Shown: in pieces, positions 1 through 13,119 of the stretch | Position numbering within the stretch: position 1 is the first letter of the stretch | How the letters are laid out: the number at the start of each line of letters is the position of its first letter | Notes under the pieces: generated by a model | What the model was told of the DNA's origin: nothing | What the model saw: only the letters and a program-made list of their open reading frames with translations | The model's database searches: none | Position numbers and translations under genes: made by a program | Source: Camelus dromedarius | Taxonomy: Eukaryota | Length of the DNA: 64,000 nt | Assembly: GCF_036321535.1 (NCBI RefSeq) | Contig: NC_087437.1 | Coordinates: 69,504,001-69,568,000 of the forward strand | Reading direction: 5' to 3'

Positions 1-1715
1 TTGTGAAAAAGGAGAAAAGAAACTTAATTATATTTCCAGCTAAAGTGATTACTAACTGGAAAAAAGTCATAAATTAATGACCAGAATATTAGCACTATTA
101 GCAGTTATATTTGATAAGTTGTCCAATTATCTGAAGAAACATGTAAAACTAAGAGTTTTTACATTCAGTTATAATAAAACACTTATAAAATAATACTATA
201 GAATGTCTATTCACAAAGCTTCAGTAATATAAACAACATTTAAGCATAAATCAGATAAAGAATGTGGAAAACCTAAATGCAGAAATTGATATCATTTTAC
301 CTGGCAGGAAGAGGTTTTGTTTGTTTTTGGTGTGTTTTTTTGTTTGTTTTCTGTCTGTTTTGTTGCTGTTGTTGTTTTACTGGAAGGGAAAAATTTCATT
401 CCTGAATGGCAGCACAAATAATGTGAAGATGACAATTTTTCCCAAGATAAAAAGAATTTTTTTATATGTCTAAAAATTACTTTGGGAGATTTTTGATTGA
501 AATTATACTAAGTTTATCAAATTAATTATAAAGAATAGATGGGCATGAATAGCCGGTACATTTTTTTTTTTATTGTTTTATTGGGGCAGGAAGACTTCTG
601 TACTTCTAGATACTAACATATTTTGTAAAGATAAAATTATCAAAACAGTGTATTTTTACTTTAAGAATGCCCAAGTTTATGGATATAAATGAAATGCATA
701 AAACATTACTGTGTACACCACACATAAGACCCAGGTTTATTTAAAATCATGGAGAAAGTATGATTATTCAACAGGTGGTTTTGAATAATTAAAGAAAAAT
801 AAAATGATATTTTTACTGAACAACCACTCATGAAAATTAATACCAGATCCCTTAAAGATTTAAAAGTAGAAAATAAAGGAAAAAGAAACCTGAGACTTTT
901 ATTTCTCCCTGTTGAGAGTGTAAATTAGTAGAAACTTTGCTAGGGTAGGGATGTCTATCAAATAGAGGAAAAGCCTAAAAGAACCATCAATAAATATGCA
1001 TCTGAACAGAGTGAGGAAAGCTTTCTTAGCATAAAAATAAGTTTAAAAAGCATAAAGAAAAAAATGAATAAATTTGACTACAGATATATAAATGTCTAAA
1101 GTTAAGAGAAGGGATAAAGTGATTTAAAAACAAAATATGTAATAGATAAAATCTTGATGTCATTGGTATATGAATAGATTTCAACATATCAATAAAGAGG
1201 AGAAATCAGTGCAGAAAATACGGTGAAACATGACTAAAATTTGTTGAAGGACTTAAATTGCCAATCCACAAAAGGATCCTTGAATATAGCAAACATCTGG
1301 AAAACTGTAAAACTTTACTAATAATCAAGGAAATGCAAACAGCAATAAATTATTATTTTTAAAACTAATAATAATGGGAAAGGGTTAACAAAATGTGGCT
1401 AGCCAGAATTGGCAAGTCAGTAGGAAAACTGACACTTTTATATTTCCCTGTTGAGAGTGTAAATTAAAAGAGACTTTGCTAGGGTAATATAGGGATGTCT
1501 GTCAAAGTTTTAAACTAAATTTGGATCATTTGACCTAGTAATTCCACTTGTATAAATGTGTAGAAAGAAGATCCTCTGAAATGCACACATAGATTTGTGT
1601 ACAAAGTGATCATCACAGAATTGCTTTGAAATAAATTATGGAAAACACCCGAAATATTCAGAATAAGGAAGGAGGAAGTTAAATTGGGGTCATTTCATAA
1701 GAAGAAATACTTTTA
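1..1715 (+). mobile_element. Ancient, highly decayed L1 ORF2 3' region (L1ME/L1MD-like); probably resumes at ~2240-2450
   Basis: A-rich + strand with L1-like motifs in the expected order: aatcaaggaaatgcaaa (~1323), tgttgagagtgtaaatt (~1449), catttgacctagtaattccactt (~1527). Confidence 0.6.
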
Positions 1716-2238
1716 TGATGGGCATTAGAATGCCCAACATTCAAACCTCTTCCCTGTGCTTAGGAATTTCCCTCCTTTCAGTATTGTTGGGTTGCAGGCA
1801 TCACCACCCAGTGTAAAGCTGAAAGAAAATCCAGATTCAACCCTCAAAACCAGGACTTGGACACGAAATACAGGCCTTGAAACTCCACTGCACCTGCCCC
1901 AGGCTCAGAACTGTTGATAGACATTACTGATACAGGAAATTCAGGGCCAAGGTATTTGGTGGTGGGCCAAGGTATTTGGTGGTAACCAAAGTGAGTTTAT
2001 TGTATAAGAATGGCTATATCAGTAATGTTTCACCAAGGCCTGGATCTAGGGCCATGCTGACAGTGGTGAAAACCACGTTATCTCATGTTTAGGTTCACCA
2101 GCAGTCATGCCCCCTTCATAAGACTTTTTGCACATGATTCTAGTTTCAAAGATTTCCCAGTTGCAATGAGTTCTTTTTATGCACAAGAGATCCAGAGATG
2201 TTTCCTGTTTCTTCCAATTAAAGACTCTGATTTATACA
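1716..2238 (+). mobile_element. Ancient ERVL-class solo LTR (LTR33/MLT-like, family uncertain) interrupting the old L1
   Basis: Abrupt switch to higher GC; ends in the LTR-like terminus aattaaagactctgatttataca. Confidence 0.4.
1944..1983. repeat. Perfect 20-bp tandem duplication (gggccaaggtatttggtggt)x2
   Basis: Read directly. Confidence 0.95.
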
Positions 2239-3039
2239 ACTAAGCAGCCATTAACTATCATGCTTTATAAAACATTTTATTATATAATAAATGTGTTTGC
2301 AATATATGGTTAATTGAAGTGGCAGTTTACAAAAACAGTATAAACTGTAACCTCAATTTTGTGGACTATAATATACACTTATACCATATGCATTCATACA
2401 TCCATTGCAAAAGAAGATTGAACAAAATATACCAACATAGTTTTTACAATAATTTTTAAAATGTTGTTTTATAGGTAAAATTACATTAGTTAGTTTTCAA
2501 ATTTTATTGTGTATATGCCTATATTACATCTGGAAAATAGTTTACAAATTGTTAAAATAATAAGCTCATGATTATTGAAAGGACAGGCTTTCATAAAAAT
2601 TTTCAGAGAGCAAAATTTCTCTTTGACAACTTCTATTTCCATTTTATTTTCCTTTTTATGTATTTTTCCCTTCTTCAGCCCTCCATTATTCTCTCATCTA
2701 CGTGCTCATCTATCTTTTCTTTATTCTATGGTGGAAGCAAACTCATAAAATCATTTATTCTAAAATGATAAGGCCTCAATTTCTTACACCTTGCAAAGAT
2801 ACATTCTTTTTAAAAGAGATATTTTAAAGATAATGCTACACACTTACACAACCAATTACAAAGACTCAGGGAGGGGGAACAAAGACAGATTTTGTGTGAG
2901 TAGGACTTTGTCAGTTTCCTCAGATCAAATAAAATTGTAGAATAAACAATTTCCAGCATAATTTCTAAGTCTCATCCTGATTTCCAAACAAAGGACAAAA
3001 CCAAACAAACAAACCTTCTATCTGGATTTCTTGGATGCT

Positions 3040-4230
3040 ATTTTAGCCATGTACTTCCTTCATCTGCCTGTTTATCCAAGCCAGAGCCCAGAGTCTGACA
3101 TTTCAGTGGCCTCCTTACTGGCCCCCTAAATTCAAGTCTCTGATCTTATCTTCTCTTGAGCTCTCTGGCCCTTACTGATGAGTAACTTCTGTAATTCTTT
3201 TCTTCCTCTCATCTAAAGGTGTATAGGAAATGGGATGTCATAACATTTCATTGACTACCCTACAAAGTCATGCTAACTAACCTCGCCTGGATTCCTTATG
3301 CTTTCTCGAAATTTCTCCATACATCACTCACTGATTTTCATCTCAGTTGCTTAAAACAACTTTTCCTAGTCTTCTCCTTATTTTGTATTTACAGCTTCCC
3401 ACTGTTCCTCCCTTTTAAAAAAGCCAGCCTTCTCATGTTATTCTCTTTAACTTCTATTTAGGCAGACTGCTAAGGATTCCCTTTTTTCTTGCAGTTTCTT
3501 TCCTTATTTCCTGAAATAGTGCCCTATTCTAGTGTTCCTTCTTCCTCTCAGATCATGTCAGCTTGAAATCCTTTACTTGTATGATTTTCATATTTTTGTA
3601 TGTTTCATGAGAACTATTCTTGCTTCATTTCCAGATTTTGTCCATTGATGATCTCATCTTTACTATAACATCTGTACAGTTTGATTCCAAGTCTCCATTA
3701 CCAGCCTGCCTTTTTTGGGGGGAGGGGAATCCTAGTCTAGAAATACCTTATAAATATTTCTTTCTCTCTTCATATTTATTTTTCTCAAGTCAAAATTAAT
3801 TTTTCCCTCCAAAGGATCCTCTCCTCTTCCTTCTGATTACCTTACTTCTGATAATGGCATAATTGATCTCCCTGAAATCGGTGTTATTTCTGACTTCTTC
3901 ATCCCCAGTCATCTCCATTGAATCAGTCACACATTTTTGTAGATCATACTTTCTTACCTTCTCTAATTTGGGCCCTCATTACCTCTTTCTCTTTTTTTTT
4001 CAAAAAATGTATCTCTTTCTCTCACCTTTTTGAGTTCTAAATTGGCCTGAATATCACTTCCAGATAACTGTGAAACATAGCTCTGATACTAACATTCCTT
4101 GTCTCAAAAACTTTCATCTTCTCACAACTACACACAGAATAGTCTAGTTCTGAGTAATTTCCCCAATATATTGTTATAAGCTATTTTTCCCTTCTATGCA
4201 TACTCTGTATCCTAGATAATCAAACTCTTC
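3040..4230 (+). mobile_element. Decayed LINE-2 fragments
   Basis: CT-rich strand with L2-like phrases (tctgatcttatcttctcttgagctctc, tgacttcttcatcccc, catagctctgatact). Confidence 0.45.
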
Positions 4231-4249
4231 TCCAAAATTGTGAAAATAG

Positions 4250-4520
4250 AGTTAGCCAGGCATGAAATGTGAGAAGGGGGATTCCAAGCAGAATTAGGGC
4301 ATGTGACTAATGAGCTGGACCATGGTGAGTAAGGCGGGATGGGAAACAAGAGGAGGTGGCAAAGTACATGGAGCCTTGCAGATATGCTAGGGTGTTTGTT
4401 TTACTTTGTTTTTTGTGGGGGATGTGTGGGTATTCCAAATGAGATAGAATCAATTGGAGATTTTAAGCTAGGAAACAACAGGTTCCCAATGAGGTTTTAA
4501 AAAATCACTGTGCACACTCT
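4250..4520 (-). mobile_element. LINE-2 fragment
   Basis: Typical antisense L2 text: ggagccttgcag...caattggagattttaagctagg...ttttaaaaaatcactgtg. Confidence 0.5.
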
Positions 4521-6289
4521 ATGTAGGTGATTTCTTTATCATGGCCCATTTGATCTCACCATCCACAAGCAAGTCCTTTCTTATTTGACACTAGAAGCAC
4601 TTTATTTATCTCTGAACAAATATTACATTCTACTTTATAATCTGGCTATTTGAATACACATCTTACCTTCTCTACTGGTATATGTTCCCAGCATGCACAG
4701 ATTGTGACTTGTTTCTCTTTGAAACTACATAGAACTTCAGAAAATAGAAGGTTCAGAAAATACTGGGTTAATGATTTTACATTCTAACAGAAACATCCAG
4801 GTTCACAGTGGATGATGAAATCATATAAAGAATGTTGACAGTTGATGAAAATCCTAGTCTTTATTCGTTGTGATTCTTCCTCACCTTAACCTTTGTGCGG
4901 AAAGAACAAATCTTTCTAATTATCTGTACCCTCTTCCCTCTATCTTTGAAACAGCAATAAATCTCATCAAGTTCTTTACAAGGGTATAATGAACATCACC
5001 CAACTAATAATTATTGAGTACTTTAGTTTTTCCAAAGAAAAATATCAGTTTCTCTTCTAGTGTCTGCTATAATGAGAAAATATTAAATCTGAAAGAAAAC
5101 TTATTATTTTCTATCAAGTATCCAGTCAGAAGAACTGTACCAGGCCTATGTGTTAACAAAAATGAGAGCACTTCAGATCATTTCAAGGCAGAAGAAGATG
5201 GGTAGATATCTTTCCCAAACGCTGATTGGTTGCTGAGCAGATAATGATTTATGCCACATTTTAAATTACTCTTCTGGGTGGAGTGGTTTATGGAGGGGGA
5301 AATGGGATTGTTCTTTAATATCCTGAAGCATCTGAAAACCTACGCAACTTTCATTGATCTGCTCTCTGCTGGATAATACTGCTATTTAAAATCGATGACA
5401 TATTTACTTCTCTCAGAATGCCTTGATGGTTATAAACCATTCTGTGTTGTTTGTTGAGAAGTAAGTTTCTTGTTCATTTCCCCATTAAACTGGAGTTTCC
5501 ATAGACTGGGGGGGTACCAAACGTTTGTCAATATTGTCTGTATATTTTCATCCTCCTCCCTATTCTCCTTTCATTTCATAATCCCTGTGATAATTTGGTC
5601 TAGAGTTTTATGGGCTGATAGTCTTCAATAGTCTCTGAAAAAAATGAACAAACTGCTTAACTCTGCATGTAGCTCATCACCCAAATCCCAGCAGAATCTT
5701 TCGTAATAGTTCTTTAATAAAGAAAAACTAAACATTAGCTTGACGTTTAAATTTTCTTTTCTTTGGTGGGGGATGGTGCGGGTGGAGAAAAGATTTTTTA
5801 AATGGCAAGATAAAGGAAAGGTTGTGTCCAGAGAATAAAAAATTCTGTATATGTGACTCAGATAAAACTTTATAGTGGCTTATTTCATCACCTCAAGAAA
5901 AAAAAAAGTTATTTGAGTTAAACTGAGTTTAAAAGGGGGAGAAAACCTGTTGAAGAATGCAGCCTGGCCAAATGGCCCATGATTGATGGGGCAGCAACAA
6001 CCAGAGGGTATTTGCCAATTCACCAATGCCAAGTCCTCGAAGTGATTTTGCTGCCTGTGACAGCTGGTGTTCTCTACTGGAAGGCTGTGTCTGTATACAT
6101 CTATGATTTGCATATTTATATACCTCGGCTGCTGTATGAGGTCTGCATTTCACAGCACTGTGTGTAAGCCATGCAGCCTTGCTGCTTGAGTGCCTCTGGG
6201 CATGGGATAGTAGAATTGGTTTGGGTAAAATTAGAATTTCAGGGTTTTGTGTTTTGCAGGTTAGCCAGTAATACCACATTTCTGTTCAT

Positions 6290-6950
6290 CTCCCTCTTCA
6301 TCAACTTCAGTAATATTTTTGAATCATCTCTCTGCATGGGCTACCATTTGAGGCAGACACATTATGTGCTCTCTAGGAGGGTACAAGCTCAGATATTAAG
6401 TTATCATACACAGATAGAAAGAAAGACATTAAATGAATATATTTAGATTATCATACACAGATAGAAAGAAAGACATTAAATGAATATATTTAGTCAAGTT
6501 GAAGCCTAAAGAGGAAATTGTGGGATTTGTACATTGAAATGTGTTACTGATGCTTTTCCCTAAGATGGGGAGAACTTAAGAATATGAGAATTGCTCTACT
6601 AAAGTAGATATGAACTCAGCTAAGACTTCTCTTTCTAAATGGTAATATCATAGGGTTTCTGAAACAGGTGGAATTTTCACAGTTGTTTGGAAGATCAGAT
6701 ATAAAATGGGAGGGAGGACTTTGGAGGAAAAAAATACAAAGGCTTGAAAGAAACAGGAATCAGATAAAACAGACAATGAATATGTGGAAGTGAAGCGATC
6801 TTAGGAACAGAAAGTGGTAGGTGATTGGGAGGAGATATACTGGGGGATATACTTCTTATATATAAAGAAGTTTAAAGGTAGTTGATGAGAATTTTAGTCT
6901 TTATTCGCTGTGAGATTGAAAATTTCTTAAGGTCAAAAGGCATTAATTTG
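6290..6950 (-). mobile_element. LINE-2 3' fragment(s)
   Basis: tttttgaatcatctctctgcatggg...tacaagctcaga followed by purine-rich L2 antisense text. Confidence 0.4.
6401..6493. repeat. Perfect 46-bp tandem duplication with 1-nt spacer
   Basis: ttatcatacacagatagaaagaaagacattaaatgaatatatttag at 6401-6446 and 6448-6493. Confidence 0.95.
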
Positions 6951-7299
6951 GTAAAAATGATGGGCAGGATCTTCAGTGATGAAAAAGATAATCTGAAATA
7001 TGATGTTTTGAAAGGTAGCTTCTGAAAAATATTGTATCAGTAAAAAGGTACCTAGACTACAATTCTTATGGATGGAGAGGATGGGGCAATTTTTTTAAAC
7101 ATATTAGGATTATACATATATAGCAGAATTATTCAAATTTTATCAGAAAAACAGAGTTTAAAAGTGAACCTAAGACTTCTTCTAAGCATGTTTCCACTAG
7201 AGTGGCATGGAGTTGCGATAATACAATGGCTCCCATTTTGAAGAACCTGCTTTATGAACCAGACACTCACATTTACTATCTAAAACTCTACACAGATTC

Positions 7300-7435
7300 T
7301 CTAGCATGAATATTATCAGCCCTATTACAGATGAGATAATGGGCACAGGAAAGATTGAATAGCTCACCCAGTTCATACTAATATGTGGTACTGCCAAGAT
7401 TCAAACTCAGGTCTGTCTGATTCTAGAAGTCACTT
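7300..7435 (-). mobile_element. MIR SINE
   Basis: attacagatgagataatgggcacag...gattcaaactcaggtctgtctgattctaga matches the MIR core in reverse. Confidence 0.75.
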
Positions 7436-8125
7436 TTGTTTATTTGTTTATTTGCTTGTTTTTCTAACATGCTGCTTCCTTAGACATAGAGGAAGGATAT
7501 AAAGAAAAGACAGTGAATAGTTCTCCTGGGAACATTTGAGTTAGTTGACAGGGAAATGACCATCTGGACATGTTGCTTAGACAAAGTACTTCCTGGGTCT
7601 GTTCTCTGCGTACCTGTAAATGTGTGGTGTTAGGTAATACAGTCTCTACGTGAGGAATGGAATACATAAATGACTTGATTACGATAAGAAAATTAGTTCA
7701 TGCAAACTATTCTGAAAGGGTGATCCACATGGCTGCATTTATTCCAAATATCACCTACTAGTACAGAACAGGTCACTGGAACAGCATGTTGGTTGCCTAG
7801 ACAGTTACACTAAATAACAGTTATTGCAAATGTCAACCAAATAGAAAACAAAACTGAATATATGGTTTGTTTAAAAAAATTATAGATATAACTGTATTGA
7901 GATATTACTATTTCATGAAATAATAGATACCATAAATGCTATATAAATGGAATTATTTTTTAATCATCATTATTTCTCTTCTTATTTGGCTTGGCAAGGG
8001 CGTAGCTGGGACCTACTCTCAGTATACTGGTCATATGGTCCTAGTGAACAGCTGCTCACAGAATCCTTCGCTGGCTTAGTCACAAACTCCCAACTGAATG
8101 CTATCCATCCATCTATAAGAGATAC

Positions 8126-8181
8126 TTCTTTTCTTTCTTTCTTTCATTCTTTCTTCCTTCCTTCCTTTTTTTTTTTTTTTT
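8126..8181. repeat. (TTTC/TTCC)n + poly(T) simple repeat
   Basis: Read directly. Confidence 0.85.
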
Positions 8182-8377
8182 GAAAGTGTCATTTTTTAAA
8201 GTAATAGCTGACTAAGTGCTACTGCTAAATTCTGTTTTTATGCATCAGGAAAACGTCCATCTGAAAAGCCAGCTTATGCATGGTAATTTTTTATATTATT
8301 ATTATGATAATGATGATGATGTATTATCTTGAACCTGACATTTAGAATAAATACCTGACAAAAAGCCCAAACTTTAG

Positions 8378-8652
8378 TGCATAGTGGATTAAGAGCATTG
8401 GTTCTAAGGTTGGAGCATACGAATGATTTTCCAATCTAACTCATTTACTAGCTACATGATTTGGTACAAATTATATTATCTTTTATGATTAAGGCTCCTT
8501 TTCTGTAAAAAAAGATTATAAGAGAAACCCTCTTATAGTTATGTGTGTATGTGTCTGTGTTCCTATGTAAAAAGTGAGAGAAAATGTGATCTAAAGCCTT
8601 TATCACATTACCTGACATATAGTAGATGCTCAATTAATATTAGATATTATCA
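8378..8652 (+). mobile_element. MIR SINE (near full length)
   Basis: gcatagtggattaagagcattggttct...ttttctgtaaaa...cctgacatatagtagatgctcaattaatattag. Confidence 0.75.
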
Positions 8653-9829
8653 TTTAAAAATTTTTTATCTACTCTGAAAACATGTTAGCCACATCTGTGC
8701 TAGTCTTCATTGCTTTTTCATACTAGGAAAAATATTTTAAATCCTCATTGCCCTGGATCTCCATAGGGGAAAAAAAGTACAAATTCATTCCTAAGTTTCT
8801 GAAAGTTTTTAAAATTTATCTTGTATAGGAAATGCCAGATACTTGTGATATTGAAAAGGGGGAGGTTATCCTTCCAGGAATTATTAATGAAATATGCCTT
8901 ACCAAATTACTGATTGATTAGAATCCTCTTCTTCTGAGAACAAACTCTAAACAAGAAAGAAAAGATGACTATAATCCATTGATTTACTCCTCTACATCAG
9001 CACTCATTCATTGTGTTTACCTAGAATTTGACCAAATAAACAGCAAAAAAACAAAGCAAATAACAGGAGGTTAAATAAAGTATGTTGCGAAGCAGGGAGG
9101 TGAAAGCAGATACTTGGATGGAAGGAGGGTTAGTAGAAACATAATAGTTTTGACAGGATGTTGGGCCTTCTGAAGAAGAAAGATTAATCTTCCTTTTTTT
9201 TTTTTCAATAGACACCTACTGTAAGGTCTATATTAAATAACCTTTATTTGATTTTTTTTCCGTAAACTACAATTATTTAAAATGTTTTATTTCCTAATTG
9301 AGCTTTGATTTTGCATTCATATTTTCAATGAAATGTTGGGCTTTCATAGAGCAAGATATACAACTATTCTGTTCATTTTTCCCATAGGATTGATGAGTCA
9401 GTCCCTTGAAGCATGACTTTACATAACCAATTCTGCTACTACTGTAGACTTCTACTTTTAACTTCTGTTCACCTCAGTTTGTTTTCCCTTAATTTTTGGC
9501 ATCTGGAGACTATTCTGTTAGTTATGGCTCTCAAATATACCCTTCTCTGATGAATGGCTTCGATTAATTTAAAAGCTCCATCTAAAATATATGTGTTTAG
9601 CTTTGTGCCATCTGTGGAGAATTATCAAAGAATAACATTCCTATCATTTTTCTGTTTAGCCCGAAGAGGGATTTAACATCACATGACTTTAGTTTTATTA
9701 ATAGCCACTATTTTCATTTCTCTTATCTAATTGAATAGAAATGGTAGAAATAATAAATACCATTATATGATTTTTAAAATACAGGGATCATAAAATGGGA
9801 TTTATTCTATCATGGTACATGGATGTAAA

Positions 9830-11385
9830 GACTTTAAGGTCAAGGTGGGGGCTGGAACTAAGTAAGATGTGAGACCCTTTGTAGAGGAGAGTTGCTGGAA
9901 CTGGTCTCCACACATTAAGTTCGGAATCAGAAAAGACCTGTCACTACAAGGACCAGTCTGTAGTAATTCCATCTCCCTGTCTAAGGAGTTAGACTAGAAC
10001 TAGGAGCTCTAGTAACACCTGGGTCTGAGACTAGAAATATACCAATATCTGCACAGGTCTTTCTTATTTTAAATTCAGAAATATTTTAAAAATAAATACA
10101 TATTGGGCTCAGGATTACCACATTTTGAGATTGTTCATTCAAGTATATGTTAAAAAGAAAAACATTCAAGACCAATGATCGTACATCTCTAGCAAAACCA
10201 ATTGTGAAACTACAACATAAGGGATATCTTCAACTTAGGGCTTCTTCTTTCAGGTGATGATTTCCATTCAAGATGAGTTCAAAGATTTAAAAATGCATAA
10301 AGCCCATGAGATAATTAGACGCCATTAAATATATTACTGAAGCCCAATATATAGTTAGATTATACTTGAGGAAGTGTTGATTGTAGAACAATTTAAAAAG
10401 GACTTTAAATTAGTATATTTAAATTTTCAAACAAGTTAGACATTAGGGAAGAACAGGATATCATGAGAAAAGACGAGATACATTAATAATAAAAAATTTT
10501 TTTAAAAGTCTATGAAACAGTTAAGTTCTAAGTTGGACATAGCAGAAGGAATGTTAAGGAATTGGAAGATAGACCAAAATAAATCACCAATGATGAATCC
10601 CACGTTGGTAATGTATGGAACATCTGAAACAATAAAGTATTATGAGACATGGAACATTTGAATAAATTGCAGAATACATCTAATAGGAGTTTCAGGAGAG
10701 AATAGAGGGAATTGAGGAGATATTAGTTGAATTGAGTGTGAAATTTTTTTTTTTGCAGAACTTAAAACATAAATCATAAATTAAATAATCTTATCCAGGC
10801 AAAAATACCAAGGATAAAAACATGGACGAATTCAGACATGTTATAATGCAGCTGAAACACATGGAAGACAAAGGAAAAAAATCTCAAAACACTCATAGTA
10901 AAATTAGATTGCTTACAAAGGAAAAACAGGTTGGTTGAAGACTTTCAGTAGCAGTGGAGTCCAGGAAATAATGGAATAACTGTTTTCAAGGGCTGAGGAA
11001 AACTGTCAGCTACCTAGGAATCAACTCTGGTAAAAGCATTACTCAAGATTGACAGCAAAATAAAAACTTTTTCAAACCAATAACGACTGCAAGGATATGA
11101 CACTCACATACCTCACCGATACATCTCCTGGGTGGGAGATGTTTTTCAGTAAGATAAAAGTTTAATCTACAAGGAAGGGGTAAAATACAAGAAATAGTGA
11201 ACAAAGCTATTAGAAAACATTTTGGTAATTATAAAAAAGGCATTCAAGTGAAAACAATGGCTAATTTGGGAATTAAAAATAAGAGAGAACTATTTAATAC
11301 AATACAACGATATCAAGGAAGATAAAAGAATGAAGAGATGTTAGTTAAAGAAATCTAAGTTTCTTGAGTTGTTTGGGGAAAAGCA
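9830..11385 (+). mobile_element. Ancient L1/HAL1-like 5' region and ORF1 remnant
   Basis: ORF1-like phrases: ggaattggaagatagacc, tacatctaataggagtttcaggagagaatagag, ggaaataatggaataac...ttcaagggctgaggaaa, aaaataaaaacttttt. Confidence 0.6.
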
Positions 11386-11419
11386 TGTCAGGCTTTATAC
11401 CACAAACCAGGCGGCTGTC

Positions 11420-11923
11420 CACACATACTTTGGAGATACTGCAGGTTCAATTCCAGACCACCACAATAAAGCAAATAGCACAATAAAGCAAGTCACATGA
11501 ATTTTTTTTTATTTTCCAGTGCATTGAAAAGCTATGTTTACACTATACTGTAATCTATTAACTGTGCAATATCATGTCTAAAAAACAATGGCCATACCTT
11601 AATTTAAAAATTATTAAATTAAAAGTAATCTATTGCTAAACAACGCTAATCATAATCTGAGCCTTCAGCAAGTCGTAATCTTTTTGCAATAGTGACATCA
11701 AAGATTACTGATCACAGATCACCATAACAAATATAATAATAATGAAAGAGTTTAAATATTGCAAGAATTACCAGAATGTGAGAGCCTCAAACTGAACAAA
11801 TACTGTTGAAAAATGAAGCCAATAGATTTGCTCCATGCAAGGTTGCCACAAACCCTTAGTTTGTAAAAAATGCAAAATCTGTGAAGAGCAGTAAAGCAAA
11901 TCACAATAAAATTAGGTATGCTG
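11420..11923 (-). mobile_element. Tigger1 internal-deletion derivative (~500 bp; Tigger1a_Art-like), TcMar DNA transposon
   Basis: Both Tigger1 termini: cacacatactttggagatactgcaggttcaattccagaccaccacaataaagc at left; gttgccacaaaccc...tttgtaaaaaa...aataaaattaggtatgctg followed by TA at right. Confidence 0.85.
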
Positions 11924-11925
11924 TA

Positions 11926-12350
11926 GTCTACCCCTGAGGGAGGAGCAGCAGCAAAAATTCAGGCGCACTTGCACAGGGCCAGTCTATCTGAGGAATAAGC
12001 CAAACAAACCAAAAAACCATTCTGCACTTTGTTCTTCACACTGAATATAAATCGGTAGCCATCTACAACCAAGGGAAGGACAGGAGAGCTGAGATCCATC
12101 CCCCTAATACCAGTGAGAAAGAATACAAGTCCTGCCTGAGCATAGGCAGAGTAGACAAAGTGAGAGAACTCTGCTTACTCTCCACAGATCTCACTGTAAG
12201 ACCAAGGCAAGTCAGCCTATCATTGGGAGGATTTATCCCCAGTGACGTACTGTAGTTAACTAAAGTAACAAAGCCTTGATTCAGATCAACTATAGGCTAG
12301 ATTTACCCGGTCTTCAACATTAACAGCCCAAAAGTAAAAGAGATGCATAT
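11926..12350 (+). mobile_element. Old L1 5'UTR-like fragment
   Basis: agatcaactataggctagatttaccc...cattaacagcccaaaagtaaaagagatgcat resembles old L1M 5' ends. Confidence 0.4.
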
Positions 12351-13119
12351 GCTATATATGTATATCCATGGATACGTGTATATGATTTGTACCATACCTC
12401 ATATACTATATGCACTTAATAAGAGTTAGCTATCAACATTATCACTATTATGTTATTATTATTTCATTGCCCTCTGAAAAGTAGTAACAATTTTTTTTTC
12501 AATGTCTTGGGTGTTGGTGAATAAATGAGACTGTATTTATGTCATTTGGATTCTAGGGAAGGACTATGTAAAAATATTAATAGTATGTTGTATCCCAACA
12601 AATCCCTTATCTCAATATTTCTTGCTCTTATATTTTTAATTCTAATATAGTTTTATGGTTCTCAAACTACTCTGGTTATTATTGACTGAAAAATCTTTTA
12701 TTTATTCATTGAATGCCAAACATATGCAAAACATGTTGGAAATTTCTATGCAAATTTCATTGAGGGAAACAGTAGTAACAGTAACATAATGAAGCTGATT
12801 CCATCTCATTGCCTTATTTTTGCTTCTTTTCTTTTTAATTTTATAAGTAGTTCATGAATGTATATTTCTTATAAAATTTCAAACAATGCAGATAAATTGG
12901 AAGCTCCTTGGACCAATTTTCTCCTCCGAAGAAACAACTGTCATCAGTTTGGGGTCAGTCCTTATTTCAAATAGTCATTCAGTTTGTTGAGAGAACAAGT
13001 AAAATAGATTATGAAAATAGGAATAATATCTTTGAACTTTTTCTACTTTACATACTGCTTACAAATTAGTAAAGATGAATACGTTCAATAAATATTTGTT
13101 TAATATGTTCTACATGCCG

